Positions 13,961-22,954 of a stretch of 34,033 nt of DNA are shown here, one piece after another. The DNA comes from Candidatus Aminicenantes bacterium (GTDB lineage Bacteria > Acidobacteriota > Aminicenantia > UBA2199), in contig DAOWKX010000008.1 of NCBI GenBank assembly GCA_030639705.1, positions 1 through 34,033 on the forward strand, read 5' to 3'. Below the pieces are notes generated by a model that saw only the letters and a list, made by a program, of their open reading frames with translations, made no database searches and was not told the DNA's origin. The position numbers and the translations under genes are program-made. Position 1 is the first letter of the stretch; every line of letters begins with the position of its first letter.

Positions 13961-14659
13961 CTAATTCATAAATGGTAATTTTATGGTTATGGTTGTGCCT
14001 TCACCAACGACACTATCGAGATCAATTGATCCCTCATGGTCCTTGATGATCTGCTTGACCAGAGAAAGGCCCAAACCGATACTACCGTCAATATTTTTTC
14101 TGGCCTCCCTTCCCCGGGCAAAAATATTAAATACCTTATCTATATCCTCAGCCGGAATACCTATTCCGGTATCACTTATCTCAATGATAATAAGCTTATT
14201 AAACCTCTCAAAACAACGGATATCAATACTCCCATTTTCTTTATTATATTTCACTGCATTCATAATAATATTATTAAATGCCCTTAAGAGAAATGTATAA
14301 TTTCCAAACACAAATTTCTCCTGACAGGATCTTTGGGAATAATTAATGGTAATCTTTTTTTCATCAGCATAAGGTTTGATAATCGAAAATGATTCGTCAA
14401 TTATATCAAATAAATTTAGTCGTTCACGCTTCATCTGGGATTTATTTTCCAGAACCGTATAATCAAGAATATCTTCCACAATTTTGATGAGGGCCTCAGA
14501 CTTTTTTCTGGCCCGGGAAATGAGCTCCTTCACTTTTTCCGGGTCATCCACATAGCCTTTTTCCACTACAATTAATAAATCGACCACTGCGGATAGAGGA
14601 GCCTTTAAATCATGGGCAATCACCGCAAGGTTTTTAAAATCTTTCTCTATTTTTGGCAT
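13961..14659 (-). CDS. Histidine kinase core (HisKA + HATPase_c) without TM or sensor domain
   Basis: 232 aa with H-box IAHDLKAPLS, N-box NAVKYN, G1 DTGIGI and G2 GLGLSL. The kinase core begins within ~10 residues of the N-terminus. Confidence 0.88.
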   Translation of the reverse strand: MPKIEKDFKNLAVIAHDLKAPLSAVVDLLIVVEKGYVDDPEKVKELISRARKKSEALIKIVEDILDYTVLENKSQMKRERLNLFDIIDESFSIIKPYADEKKITINYSQRSCQEKFVFGNYTFLLRAFNNIIMNAVKYNKENGSIDIRCFERFNKLIIIEISDTGIGIPAEDIDKVFNIFARGREARKNIDGSIGLGLSLVKQIIKDHEGSIDLDSVVGEGTTITIKLPFMN

Positions 14660-14699
14660 CCTTTACTTCTTATTTATAATAATACCCGAAACCATGAAT

Positions 14700-15179
14700 C
14701 TAATTATTTTTAAATCCCTTTATTATTTCATCAGCCACCTGTTCAACCAGACCAGGCAATCCCTTTTCAACTATTGGACTTAATTTTTCCTCCGGTTTAA
14801 TTTCCTTGGCCTGGATACAATAAATCACGATATCAATTGACTCAGACATATTTATCTTTTTGGCATAATCAAGAAAACCAATTAAATCAAATTCATGTAA
14901 TGAATGGCCTCTGTTTGTCTTCAAACTATTCACTTCATCACGCCGGAACCTTTTAAATTTTCCAGACGGTATCCCACAATTTCCGGAATCAATAAAGATT
15001 ATTTTCTCCCTATCTTGAAATTGATGTAGGAGATTCATCCCACAGGTTCTGGCCTCGATTAAATCAACCGCTATGCCTTTTAATTTCTTCTCCAATAATC
15101 GAATGGCATGCAGTGCTGCGCCATCATCTGCCATTAAATCGTTCCCCAGGCCAATGACTGCGGTCTTATGTCTTGTCAT
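14700..15179 (-). CDS. [NiFe]-hydrogenase maturation endopeptidase (for the group 3b enzyme)
   Basis: 159 aa with VIGLGNDLMADDGAA and FIDSG motifs of the HycI/HoxW/FrhD protease family. It lies directly downstream of the large subunit. Confidence 0.85.
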   Translation of the reverse strand: MTRHKTAVIGLGNDLMADDGAALHAIRLLEKKLKGIAVDLIEARTCGMNLLHQFQDREKIIFIDSGNCGIPSGKFKRFRRDEVNSLKTNRGHSLHEFDLIGFLDYAKKINMSESIDIVIYCIQAKEIKPEEKLSPIVEKGLPGLVEQVADEIIKGFKNN

Positions 15180-15182
15180 ATT

Positions 15183-16484
15183 TTATTTTTTAAATTCCAC
15201 ATTTAAATAGTGAGTGGAGCAGGAGATACAGGGGTCATAGGCTCTCACTAACATTTCCAGATTAAATCTCAATTCTTCCTGGGGGATATCCAGCATTGCC
15301 GGCACCATCTTTTCAAAATCCTTCTGGATGTTATTATGATTTAAATTGGTGGGGATCACGCAATTGGCTGCCACGCATATCCCATCATCATTGTAGGTAT
15401 AATCATGAAACAGGATTCCCCGGGGAACTTCTACCGCTCCGACTCCGCGTCCGTTTTTGACCTTGATCTCCGGTTTTTCCACCTTCAGTTCCTGGAGCAG
15501 CAACCAGTCAACATGATTGATTGACCGCTCCACCGCAAACACACACTCCACTATCTGGGCCGCATTGTTTTGGTAGGGACTGTAATTGATCCCGCTCAAC
15601 CCTAACAACTCCGCCACCTCTTTACTCAATGAGGTCAGCTGTGCGTGGTTGTTGTTATACCTGGCCAGCGCCCCTACCATAAACGACTCCCGGTTGAACT
15701 TACCGTACTTGGCTGTTGACTGCGGCACCACAAACTCATTCACCACTCCACGATACTCATCCGCTTTTATCACCTTGTCTATATCCGTGGTTGTTACCTC
15801 TCCATCATAAAACGCGTACTCCTTCTCATTGGTTAACGACACATATTCTGTCTCCCGACTGAACTCAGGAAATCCATCTGATACCGACTGAAATGTCTCT
15901 GCCAGCTGCTTTAAATCTCCCAAACACTCCTCCAGGCGAACCTTCAAACCCTCCAGCTCCTTACGAGTGGGCAACATGGTGAAATGTCCCACCTTGGGCC
16001 GTATCGGATGCGTGGTCCGACCACCGATAATATCGCACAACTCATTGGCCAACCGGTGTATCTTGGTCACTAACAATACCACCTCCTTGTGGCTCTCTAT
16101 CAACGGCAGCACACTGCCGACCTTGAATAAATCCGGAAGCACCAAATAACATACATGAAGTATATGACTCTGCATCGTCTCTCCATGAAGCAGCAACTCA
16201 CGCAATACCCGCGTCTGCTCGGATATCTCCACTCCTAAGGCCGCCTCGGTCGCCTTCAACGAAGCAAAGGTATGACCAATCGAACATATACCGCATATCC
16301 GTGAGGTAATCGTGGCCAACTCACTATATTCACGACCCACCACCATGGTCTCAAAAAATCGGGGCGCCTCAGACACCTGCCACTCCACCTTCTCAATCTT
16401 ACCACTATTTACATCCACCACTATATTACCGTGACCCTCCACCCGGGTTAAATGCTTCACATTTATCTTTACATCTTTACTCAT
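15183..16484 (-). CDS. [NiFe]-hydrogenase large (alpha) subunit, cytoplasmic group 3b-like
   Basis: 433 aa with RVEGHG, the N-terminal Ni-binding motif RICGICSIGH, the C-terminal DPCISCSTH, and a short cleavable tail (YLNVEFKK). Its size and its beta/gamma/delta partners match the sulfhydrogenase-type layout. Confidence 0.88.
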   Translation of the reverse strand: MSKDVKINVKHLTRVEGHGNIVVDVNSGKIEKVEWQVSEAPRFFETMVVGREYSELATITSRICGICSIGHTFASLKATEAALGVEISEQTRVLRELLLHGETMQSHILHVCYLVLPDLFKVGSVLPLIESHKEVVLLVTKIHRLANELCDIIGGRTTHPIRPKVGHFTMLPTRKELEGLKVRLEECLGDLKQLAETFQSVSDGFPEFSRETEYVSLTNEKEYAFYDGEVTTTDIDKVIKADEYRGVVNEFVVPQSTAKYGKFNRESFMVGALARYNNNHAQLTSLSKEVAELLGLSGINYSPYQNNAAQIVECVFAVERSINHVDWLLLQELKVEKPEIKVKNGRGVGAVEVPRGILFHDYTYNDDGICVAANCVIPTNLNHNNIQKDFEKMVPAMLDIPQEELRFNLEMLVRAYDPCISCSTHYLNVEFKK

Positions 16485-17233
16485 TTCTTTACCTCCGGAT
16501 TCACTCCAAATAAATTGATCGTCCTCCTGATCTCCTCTACCGTGTAATTATACTTGTCCAGTATCTCGTGCATAGCATTCTTGTTGGGATTTTCTACCGT
16601 ACCACGACACGCCTCGCACGGAGACCCATTCGACGGACATCGCGCACCACATCCAGCTCGAGCCAACGGACCCAAACAAATCACTCCCTGGTCAAATAAA
16701 CATATGTTCTCCTTTAACTTGCACTCTACACATACCGGATGATTCGGCAACCTCGGCGTCTTTCCCAAACATAACTCCTTGACCATACGCAAAAACTCAT
16801 CACGGTCTATCGGACATCCGGGTATATACAAATCAACCTCTACCACCTCATCTATGCCCCTGGTGGGATAGGTATCCAAATGAGCCAGGTTCGAATCATC
16901 CCCGTACACACATTTTTTCACATCATCCATACTCGACCAGTTGTTCTTCAACCGGTTAATCCCTCCACTCACCGCACACTGCCCGTACGCCACCACCAAC
17001 TTCGACCGCTCTCGTATGTCCTTCAACCGATTCTCATCCGACTTACGCGTAATCGAACCCTCTACAAACGCTATATCATATTCCTCTGCCTCTCCCGTCA
17101 TCACTTCTCGAAATTCCACCACCTCAACCAATTCCAGTAGCTTTATTATATCTTCCTCTAAATTGGCAACCTGTAACTGACAACCCTCACAACCGGCAAA
17201 ATCAAAAAACGCTGCCCTCGGCTTTTTGCTCAT
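16481..17233 (-). CDS. [NiFe]-hydrogenase small (delta) subunit, group 3 type (no Tat signal)
   Basis: 250 aa with FDFAGCEGCQ, GQCAVSGG and PGCP motifs, plus distal-cluster cysteines. Its stop overlaps the alpha subunit start by 4 nt. Confidence 0.88.
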   Translation of the reverse strand: MSKKPRAAFFDFAGCEGCQLQVANLEEDIIKLLELVEVVEFREVMTGEAEEYDIAFVEGSITRKSDENRLKDIRERSKLVVAYGQCAVSGGINRLKNNWSSMDDVKKCVYGDDSNLAHLDTYPTRGIDEVVEVDLYIPGCPIDRDEFLRMVKELCLGKTPRLPNHPVCVECKLKENICLFDQGVICLGPLARAGCGARCPSNGSPCEACRGTVENPNKNAMHEILDKYNYTVEEIRRTINLFGVNPEVKK

Positions 17234-17234
17234 C

Positions 17235-18158
17235 TTAAATCACTCCTCTTATATAACTGATATCACTGTAGTAAAATACCGGACCCTCCTGACAGACGTA
17301 TATGTTTTCGATCTGACAATGTCCGCATTTGCCAACACCGCATTTCATCCGACGCTCCAACGATACAATGATGTGATCATCGGAAAACTCCAGGTCATGG
17401 AGGTTCATGATGGCAAATTTATACATGACCGGCGGGCCCACCACAATGGCATAGGTCTCACGCGGATCCACATATCTCAACTTCGGAAATAAGGTGGTTA
17501 TCACTCCTACATTATCCTTCCACTGCTTCGATCGCCACTCATCCACCGGACCCCGGTAGGATATCTCCATGTGGCTCATCTCCAGGTAAGTGGACAAATC
17601 CGTGGTATCGACCGTTTCATAGAACACAATGTCATCCCGCTGCTTCCATTTTTCCAGCTCATTGACAAATAAACGCTGGGCCGGGTCCTTGCATCCGAAC
17701 AGAACGGAGATATGCTTGTAATCATCCCGGTGTTCCAGCGCATACTTGATCGCCGATCGCGCCGGCACCAACCCAATTCCCCCGCAGATAAATAACAGAC
17801 TCTTACCCTTTAACTCCTCCATGGGAAAACTCGTACCGTACGGACCCCTCACTCCTACACTATCTCCTACCTCCAAACTGTGGATGGCATTGGTCACCGC
17901 TCCCGCATTCCGTATCACCATCTCAAACTCCCTGCCATCGGAAGGAGGCGAGGATATCGATATCGGCGCCTCACCTATGCCCGGGATGGAAATCTCAGCA
18001 AACTGACCAGGACGATGACCCAAACTCCGCTCAGCTAACTCAAACCTGAAAAATGTATCAAATGGCGTCATCGGTCTTATCTTCCTCAGCGTGGCCACCT
18101 CGGGTAAATATATCGATGTCTTCTCTATTACTTCCTTATGGGGATAACTCTCGCACAT
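17235..18158 (-). CDS. Hydrogenase gamma subunit: FAD/NAD(P)-binding, [2Fe-2S] (AsrB/PyrK-like)
   Basis: I place the start at ATG 18158 (MCESYPHKEV...), preceded by SD AAGGAGGA and lying 10 nt after the beta stop. The track's 377-aa version would overlap beta by 200 nt. Motifs: RPGQFAEI, FICGGIGLVP, C-terminal CGVGKCGHC. Confidence 0.82.
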   Translation of the reverse strand: MCESYPHKEVIEKTSIYLPEVATLRKIRPMTPFDTFFRFELAERSLGHRPGQFAEISIPGIGEAPISISSPPSDGREFEMVIRNAGAVTNAIHSLEVGDSVGVRGPYGTSFPMEELKGKSLLFICGGIGLVPARSAIKYALEHRDDYKHISVLFGCKDPAQRLFVNELEKWKQRDDIVFYETVDTTDLSTYLEMSHMEISYRGPVDEWRSKQWKDNVGVITTLFPKLRYVDPRETYAIVVGPPVMYKFAIMNLHDLEFSDDHIIVSLERRMKCGVGKCGHCQIENIYVCQEGPVFYYSDISYIRGVI

Positions 18159-18168
18159 TCTTTCCTCC

Positions 18169-19191
18169 TTACTGATTCTCCAAAATATATTTAAAAACCT
18201 TATTGGGCCCGGCAATATCGGCGGTACAGGCGTCCGCGCATCTCCCGCAGCCCACACATCCAAAATAGCGGTATTTATCAGGAAGATATTTGACCTTCCT
18301 GAAGGTTCGATGCCTGAATCGCTCGGCCCGGTCTCGCCTGAAATTATTACCATCCGCCACCAGGGCAAAATCCTCTAACATGCATCCATCCCAGACTTTT
18401 ATCCGCTTCCCCTCACTCAGGGTGAGATCGATCTCTTCCATGACATCAAAACAATAACAGGTGGGACACACAAATACACAGGACCCACAGGAAAAACATT
18501 TATCACCAAAATATTTCCAGACCGAATGATAATAGTTACGGGTTAAAAATTCAGATGCAATATCCACTGAAACCGGTAGTTTTTGATCATCTTTGATCCG
18601 GGTCTTGGCCTGATCGATCTCTTTCAAGCTATAATCATTCTTTCTCAAATTACTGCCTTTCAGGTAATTTTTACCCTTCTCACTGACTACCTCTATGACA
18701 TATTCTTCTCCCATGTCCACCAACATTAAATCAGCCACCTTGTAGTACTGGTCTTTTACCACGGATTTGGAAAACCGGTATTTATAATGTTTTAAGGGAT
18801 AAATTCCGATCAACAGGGAGTTTTCCCGTTTTTTTAGATAGTGCTCATCCCGCTCACCATCTGAAAATGCCCGGTCCATCATGTATATGGCGGCCAGATC
18901 ATAATAATGAATCCCGATGATGGTAACAGGATCATAACAGTTAACCGAGATATAAGAATCAGCCTTTTTGGGGACAAATTTTAGTAATACCTCCTTGGGC
19001 GGTTGAAAATACTTCTTGGGGGGAAGTATGGTGACATCATAGTCAAGGCTCAAATCCCCGGATGATTTTAGATCATCAAATACATAGTGGAAACCCTTCT
19101 GGATAACCCCCACTATTCTGGACTTTTTTTCCGAAATCTTCCTGTCAACAAAGGATAAAAAATCCTTTTTACTGATCTTTAAAATATCCAT
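18169..19191 (-). CDS. Hydrogenase beta subunit: 4Fe-4S protein (AsrA-like)
   Basis: 340 aa with CFSCGSCVFVCPTC and CVGCGRCADAC. It comes first in the beta-gamma-delta-alpha order typical of group 3b operons. Confidence 0.8.
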   Translation of the reverse strand: MDILKISKKDFLSFVDRKISEKKSRIVGVIQKGFHYVFDDLKSSGDLSLDYDVTILPPKKYFQPPKEVLLKFVPKKADSYISVNCYDPVTIIGIHYYDLAAIYMMDRAFSDGERDEHYLKKRENSLLIGIYPLKHYKYRFSKSVVKDQYYKVADLMLVDMGEEYVIEVVSEKGKNYLKGSNLRKNDYSLKEIDQAKTRIKDDQKLPVSVDIASEFLTRNYYHSVWKYFGDKCFSCGSCVFVCPTCYCFDVMEEIDLTLSEGKRIKVWDGCMLEDFALVADGNNFRRDRAERFRHRTFRKVKYLPDKYRYFGCVGCGRCADACTADIAGPNKVFKYILENQ

Positions 19192-19332
19192 TATTTTTCT
19201 CCTGATTGTTGTTTTTTAGAGATCATATTTTTGAATGAAGTTGAAACCACTTTCATCAATGACTTTCTTTAATCAGTTATATAACGGCCAGGGTATTTTT
19301 ATTATAACCCTGTCTTTTGCCATTTAGTATAT

Positions 19333-19361
19333 ATTTTAATTGTTTTTTGAGGGAAAGTCAA
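19333..19361 (-). promoter_or_regulatory. Sigma70-type promoter of the group 3b hydrogenase operon
   Basis: Minus strand reads TTGACT (19361-19356), a 17-nt spacer, then TAAAAT (19338-19333), about 135 nt upstream of ATG 19191. Confidence 0.5.
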
Positions 19362-19432
19362 TCATGATAATTCAGGGATTCCTGATAAAGGATAAGGATT
19401 ATTATTTAATAAAATAGTATGAGTGGTGAAGT

Positions 19433-20536
19433 TCATTCCAAGTATCCCAGCTGACTGAGTTTTTCTTCTATGATTTTACGCCCTTCTGGTGCGTTGAAAA
19501 TATTATACTTAACAAAACCCAGGTAAACCGTCGCGTTATTGGCTATTTTCTTTTTCTGAAACCGGTTCTTTTCTTCCACAACATTAATAATGATATCTCC
19601 GGTTAAAATATTAATTTCATATGCACTTCCCCGGTAATAAATATCTTTTATGGTTCCTTTTATGGGACATTCTCTGGTTTTTTTCTTTGAAATGAGGATA
19701 TCTTCAGGTCTGACCAGTAGGACCATTGAACCATTTTTTGGTGCTTTTAATGATTTAGTGGGTATTTCCCCGGCCATATTTTCAATATACAGTTTATGAT
19801 CATGTAACTTTCCCACAATCACATTGGTATTCCCAATAAAACTGGCAACAAATTTAGTTTCTGGATGTTCATAGACTTCTTTCGCTGTGCCAATCTGATC
19901 TACTTTTCCTCTATTGATGGCCACGATCTTATCAGCTATTTTAATGGCTTCATTCTGATCATGGGTAACAAAAACACTGGTTACATTGATTTTTTGATGT
20001 AAATCCCGGATCCAGTTGGCTAAATTTTCACGGATTTTTGCATCCAGAGAGCCAAACGGTTCATCTAATAACATGATTTTTGGCTCTGGTGCCAGCGCCC
20101 TGGCCAGGGCAACTCTCTGACGTTGTCCTCCTGAAAGTTGAGCTGGAAAATGTGATTCATAACCGTTCAAATTCACCAGATTGATGAGTTTCTCTACTTT
20201 ATCTTTTATAAAATCTTTTTTCTTTTTCATGATTTCCAGCCCAAAACCAATGTTCTTTTCAACGGTCATGTGTTTGAACAGGGCATAATGCTGGAAAACA
20301 AAGCCCACCTTCCTTTTTCTACTTACTGTATGGGTGACATCTTTTCCGTACAGATAGGTCTTCCCTCGGTCTGGGATTTCCAACCCCGCAATCATTCTGA
20401 GTATTGTACTTTTCCCTGATCCACTGGGCCCCAATAATGCCACCAGTTCACCTTCTTCTGCTCTGAAGCTGACATCATCAACTGCCACAAAATTTCCAAA
20501 TCTTTTACTTAAATTTTCAACCATGATGCTGGCCAT
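19433..20536 (-). CDS. cysA: Sulfate/thiosulfate-type ABC importer ATPase
   Basis: 367 aa with Walker A GPSGSGKST, signature LSGGQRQR, Walker B LLDEPF, and a C-terminal regulatory/TOBE-like extension. It follows two CysT/W-type permease genes. Confidence 0.75.
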   Translation of the reverse strand: MASIMVENLSKRFGNFVAVDDVSFRAEEGELVALLGPSGSGKSTILRMIAGLEIPDRGKTYLYGKDVTHTVSRKRKVGFVFQHYALFKHMTVEKNIGFGLEIMKKKKDFIKDKVEKLINLVNLNGYESHFPAQLSGGQRQRVALARALAPEPKIMLLDEPFGSLDAKIRENLANWIRDLHQKINVTSVFVTHDQNEAIKIADKIVAINRGKVDQIGTAKEVYEHPETKFVASFIGNTNVIVGKLHDHKLYIENMAGEIPTKSLKAPKNGSMVLLVRPEDILISKKKTRECPIKGTIKDIYYRGSAYEINILTGDIIINVVEEKNRFQKKKIANNATVYLGFVKYNIFNAPEGRKIIEEKLSQLGYLE

Positions 20537-20537
20537 T

Positions 20538-21377
20538 CTAGCCTGCCTTTTGCTTAGAAATGAATTGAATAAAGTTAATTACCAGGATAGACAATATAAT
20601 AAGAATAATGGATGCAGAATAAGCACCGATATAATTTAGATCTGTGAATTGATCATGTATATATAAAGTGGCGCTCTGGGTTTTATTTAAAATGTTTCCG
20701 CTTACAACCAGTACAGCGCCGAATTCCCCGATGGATCGGGCAATGGTTAGGGTTAATCCATAACCGAGACCCCATTTTATCGTGGGTAGAGTGATTTTCC
20801 GGAAATTTTGCCATGCTGAAGCACCCAATACCTGAGCAGCCTCTTCCTGCTCCGATCCAAATTGCCTGAGTATTGGAATAATCTCTTTGGCCACAAAGGG
20901 CAAGGTGACAAATAAAGTCGCGATTATCATTCCAGGCAGCGCATAGATGATCTTTATATTGAAAAATGAGAATATCCTGCCCATCCATCCGTTGGGGCCA
21001 AACAAGATGATTAGCATAAATCCGATAACAACCGGAGAGACTGCAAAGGGGAGGTCCAGTAGACTTTCAATAATTAACTGCCCTCTAAATGTCTGTCTTG
21101 TCAGCATATATGCCAGCATAGTTCCAAAAATGGTATTGATGATGGCCACAGCAATGCAGATGATTATTGTTATCCCGAAAGAGTGAAGGGCGGTTGAACT
21201 GGTCAGGGAAGCAAAGGCCTGGTGCCAGTTCTTTGAAAATGTCTGCTTTAATATTCCACAAAAAGGAACAACTATAAGACCAAGAAACCAAAGAAAAACT
21301 CCAGTGATCAGTATCCTTTCCATGAATCGTAGGCTTTTCTTACCTGTTTGTGCGTCCGGATTATTTTGCTTCTTCAT
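20538..21377 (-). CDS. cysW: Sulfate ABC transporter permease CysW-like
   Basis: 279 aa polytopic protein with an EAA loop (EEAAQVLGASAWQNFRKITLP) and SGNILNKTQ. Confidence 0.7.
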   Translation of the reverse strand: MKKQNNPDAQTGKKSLRFMERILITGVFLWFLGLIVVPFCGILKQTFSKNWHQAFASLTSSTALHSFGITIIICIAVAIINTIFGTMLAYMLTRQTFRGQLIIESLLDLPFAVSPVVIGFMLIILFGPNGWMGRIFSFFNIKIIYALPGMIIATLFVTLPFVAKEIIPILRQFGSEQEEAAQVLGASAWQNFRKITLPTIKWGLGYGLTLTIARSIGEFGAVLVVSGNILNKTQSATLYIHDQFTDLNYIGAYSASIILIILSILVINFIQFISKQKAG

Positions 21378-22179
21378 ATTTTCTTTTCCACTTTTGAATT
21401 ATGTTCAGCAGCAATATAATAGAAAATGATAATAATAAAAGAACTAGAGAAATTCCCAATGCACCGGGAATATTTCCGCTTTCAACTTCTCCGTATATGT
21501 AAACGGATGCAACCTGGGTCTTCATCGGGATATTACCGGCCACAATAACGATGGATCCAAATTCACCAAGGGCCCTGCTAAAGGAGAGTGCGGTGCCGGT
21601 CAGGATTGCCGGGGATAATGTAGGCAAAATTATTTTCAGGAATATGGTCCAGGGAGATGCACCCAGCGCCTCGGCTGCCTCCTCCATTTCTTTTTCCATT
21701 TCGATAATAACCGGTTGAACCGCTCTGACAACAAAGGGAAAAGTAACGAACAAGAGAGCCAGCATGATTCCCGGTTGATTGTAAATGATGTGAAATCCGT
21801 TTCTGGCAAAAAAATGACCGATGATACTCTGAGGTCCATAGAGTGTAACCAGCATAATACCTGTGACAACCGTGGGGATGGCAAACGGAAGATCTATGAG
21901 GGTGTTCATGGTTTTCTTTAATGGAAAATCATAACGAACCAGAACCCAGGCTGTAGCGGTTCCGGTGATACAATTGATAATGGCAATACAAAGAGCATAA
22001 AAAAAAGTTATTTTCAGTGAGTATATTGCATGGGGATGAGTGATGTGAGCCCATATCGCAGCCTGATTGTTTTTGAAAACAATTGAAATCAAGGCAAATA
22101 TTGGCAGGATAACCAGAATTCCGATATAAGATAAAGATAAGCAACGGAGAATGAGTCTTCCATCTTTAGCTACAATCAT
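21361..22179 (-). CDS. cysT: Sulfate ABC transporter permease CysT-like
   Basis: 272 aa with an EAA loop (EEAAEALGASPWTIFLKIILP) and AGNIPMKTQ. It overlaps cysW by 17 nt. Confidence 0.7.
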   Translation of the reverse strand: MIVAKDGRLILRCLSLSYIGILVILPIFALISIVFKNNQAAIWAHITHPHAIYSLKITFFYALCIAIINCITGTATAWVLVRYDFPLKKTMNTLIDLPFAIPTVVTGIMLVTLYGPQSIIGHFFARNGFHIIYNQPGIMLALLFVTFPFVVRAVQPVIIEMEKEMEEAAEALGASPWTIFLKIILPTLSPAILTGTALSFSRALGEFGSIVIVAGNIPMKTQVASVYIYGEVESGNIPGALGISLVLLLLSFSIILLLNIIQKWKRKYEEAK

Positions 22180-22185
22180 ACTCTA

Positions 22186-22214
22186 AATATAATACAATAA
22201 TAATATTTTGTCAA
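22186..22214 (-). promoter_or_regulatory. Sigma70-type promoter whose predicted transcription start (TSS) coincides with the cysT ATG (leaderless candidate)
   Basis: Minus strand reads TTGACA (22214-22209), a 17-nt spacer, then TATATT (22191-22186). The A of ATG 22179 is the 7th nt after the -10, and there is no SD in between. Confidence 0.45.
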
Positions 22215-22412
22215 CTATTTTTTAGTCTGAAATAAAACAGCTGATCCGTAGGCAATGTTGATGCTGGATTGTAATAGGTGAAAAATTTAATAAAAGTTGT
22301 ATTTATAGTTGATTTTTTTTTTAATAAACACTATAAATATATGTGTCGATAGTTCGTCAATGAAAAAAGGTGTATGCCTGTGATTGCATTCAATCAAATG
22401 TGAGGAGGTAAT

Positions 22413-22907
22413 ATGAAAAAAGTTGTTCTGTTAATTTTCTGCCTGGCATTTCTTTTGTCTATGATTAACTCCGGAGATTTTAAGTATGTGGGTGTGAAGA
22501 AATGCAAGATGTGCCACAAAGGCGAACGAAAAGGAAATGTTTATGAAAAATGGCAAGAAAGAGCCCATGCAAAAGCCTTCGAAAGTCTTAAGAAAAAGGG
22601 TGAGGAAAAGAATCCAAAATGTTTGGAATGCCATACCACGGCTTTCAATAAAGGTGGATATAAAGTCGATGACCCCAAGGCTTCAAACTTTGAAGGAGTT
22701 CAGTGTGAGTCATGCCACGGGCCAGGTTCGGTTTATAAAAAAACCAGTATAATGAAAAACCGAGAACTGGCATTGAAAAACGGCTTGGTTAATATAACTG
22801 AAAAAAACTGCACAGTCTGCCATGATGGGGCGAAATGTGAACATGCCAAAGAGTTTAATTATAAAGAAGCCTTAAAAGCTATCGATCATACCGTCGAAAA
22901 AAAATAG
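22413..22907 (+). CDS. Exported tetrahaem cytochrome c (cytochrome c554-like family)
   Basis: 164 aa with a signal peptide and four CxxCH motifs (CKMCH, CLECH, CESCH, CTVCH). SD GAGGAGG lies upstream. Confidence 0.88.
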   Translation: MKKVVLLIFCLAFLLSMINSGDFKYVGVKKCKMCHKGERKGNVYEKWQERAHAKAFESLKKKGEEKNPKCLECHTTAFNKGGYKVDDPKASNFEGVQCESCHGPGSVYKKTSIMKNRELALKNGLVNITEKNCTVCHDGAKCEHAKEFNYKEALKAIDHTVEKK

Positions 22908-22954
22908 CCTAGAATCGTCAATCAAGTTTTAAGACTGTCTCAGGAAATCTACCC

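Noticed and set aside
17235-18368. 377-aa version of the hydrogenase gamma subunit
   Set aside because: The N-terminal 70 residues overlap the beta subunit gene by 200 nt and look like out-of-frame noise. An internal ATG 18158 with a strong SD sits 10 nt after the beta stop.
15550-18400. Stretch that looks markedly GC-richer (about 50-58 percent in hand-counted 60-nt lines, versus 20-35 percent in the kinase and rnf membrane genes), with C much greater than G on the plus strand; considered as a horizontally acquired island within the 3b hydrogenase operon
   Set aside because: Hand counts show the group 1 hydrogenase and BNR genes are similarly GC-rich. The heterogeneity therefore tracks protein type (conserved soluble versus AT-rich membrane or regulatory genes) rather than a discrete island. 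It needs sliding-window GC/skew and codon-usage computation, which I cannot run.
19288-19311. Inverted repeat CAGGGT-12 nt-ACCCTG in the cysA/hydrogenase intergenic region, considered as a terminator
   Set aside because: The stem is only 6 bp with a large AT loop and no following U-tract on the minus strand. It also lies downstream of the predicted hydrogenase promoter, so it is not a convincing intrinsic terminator.
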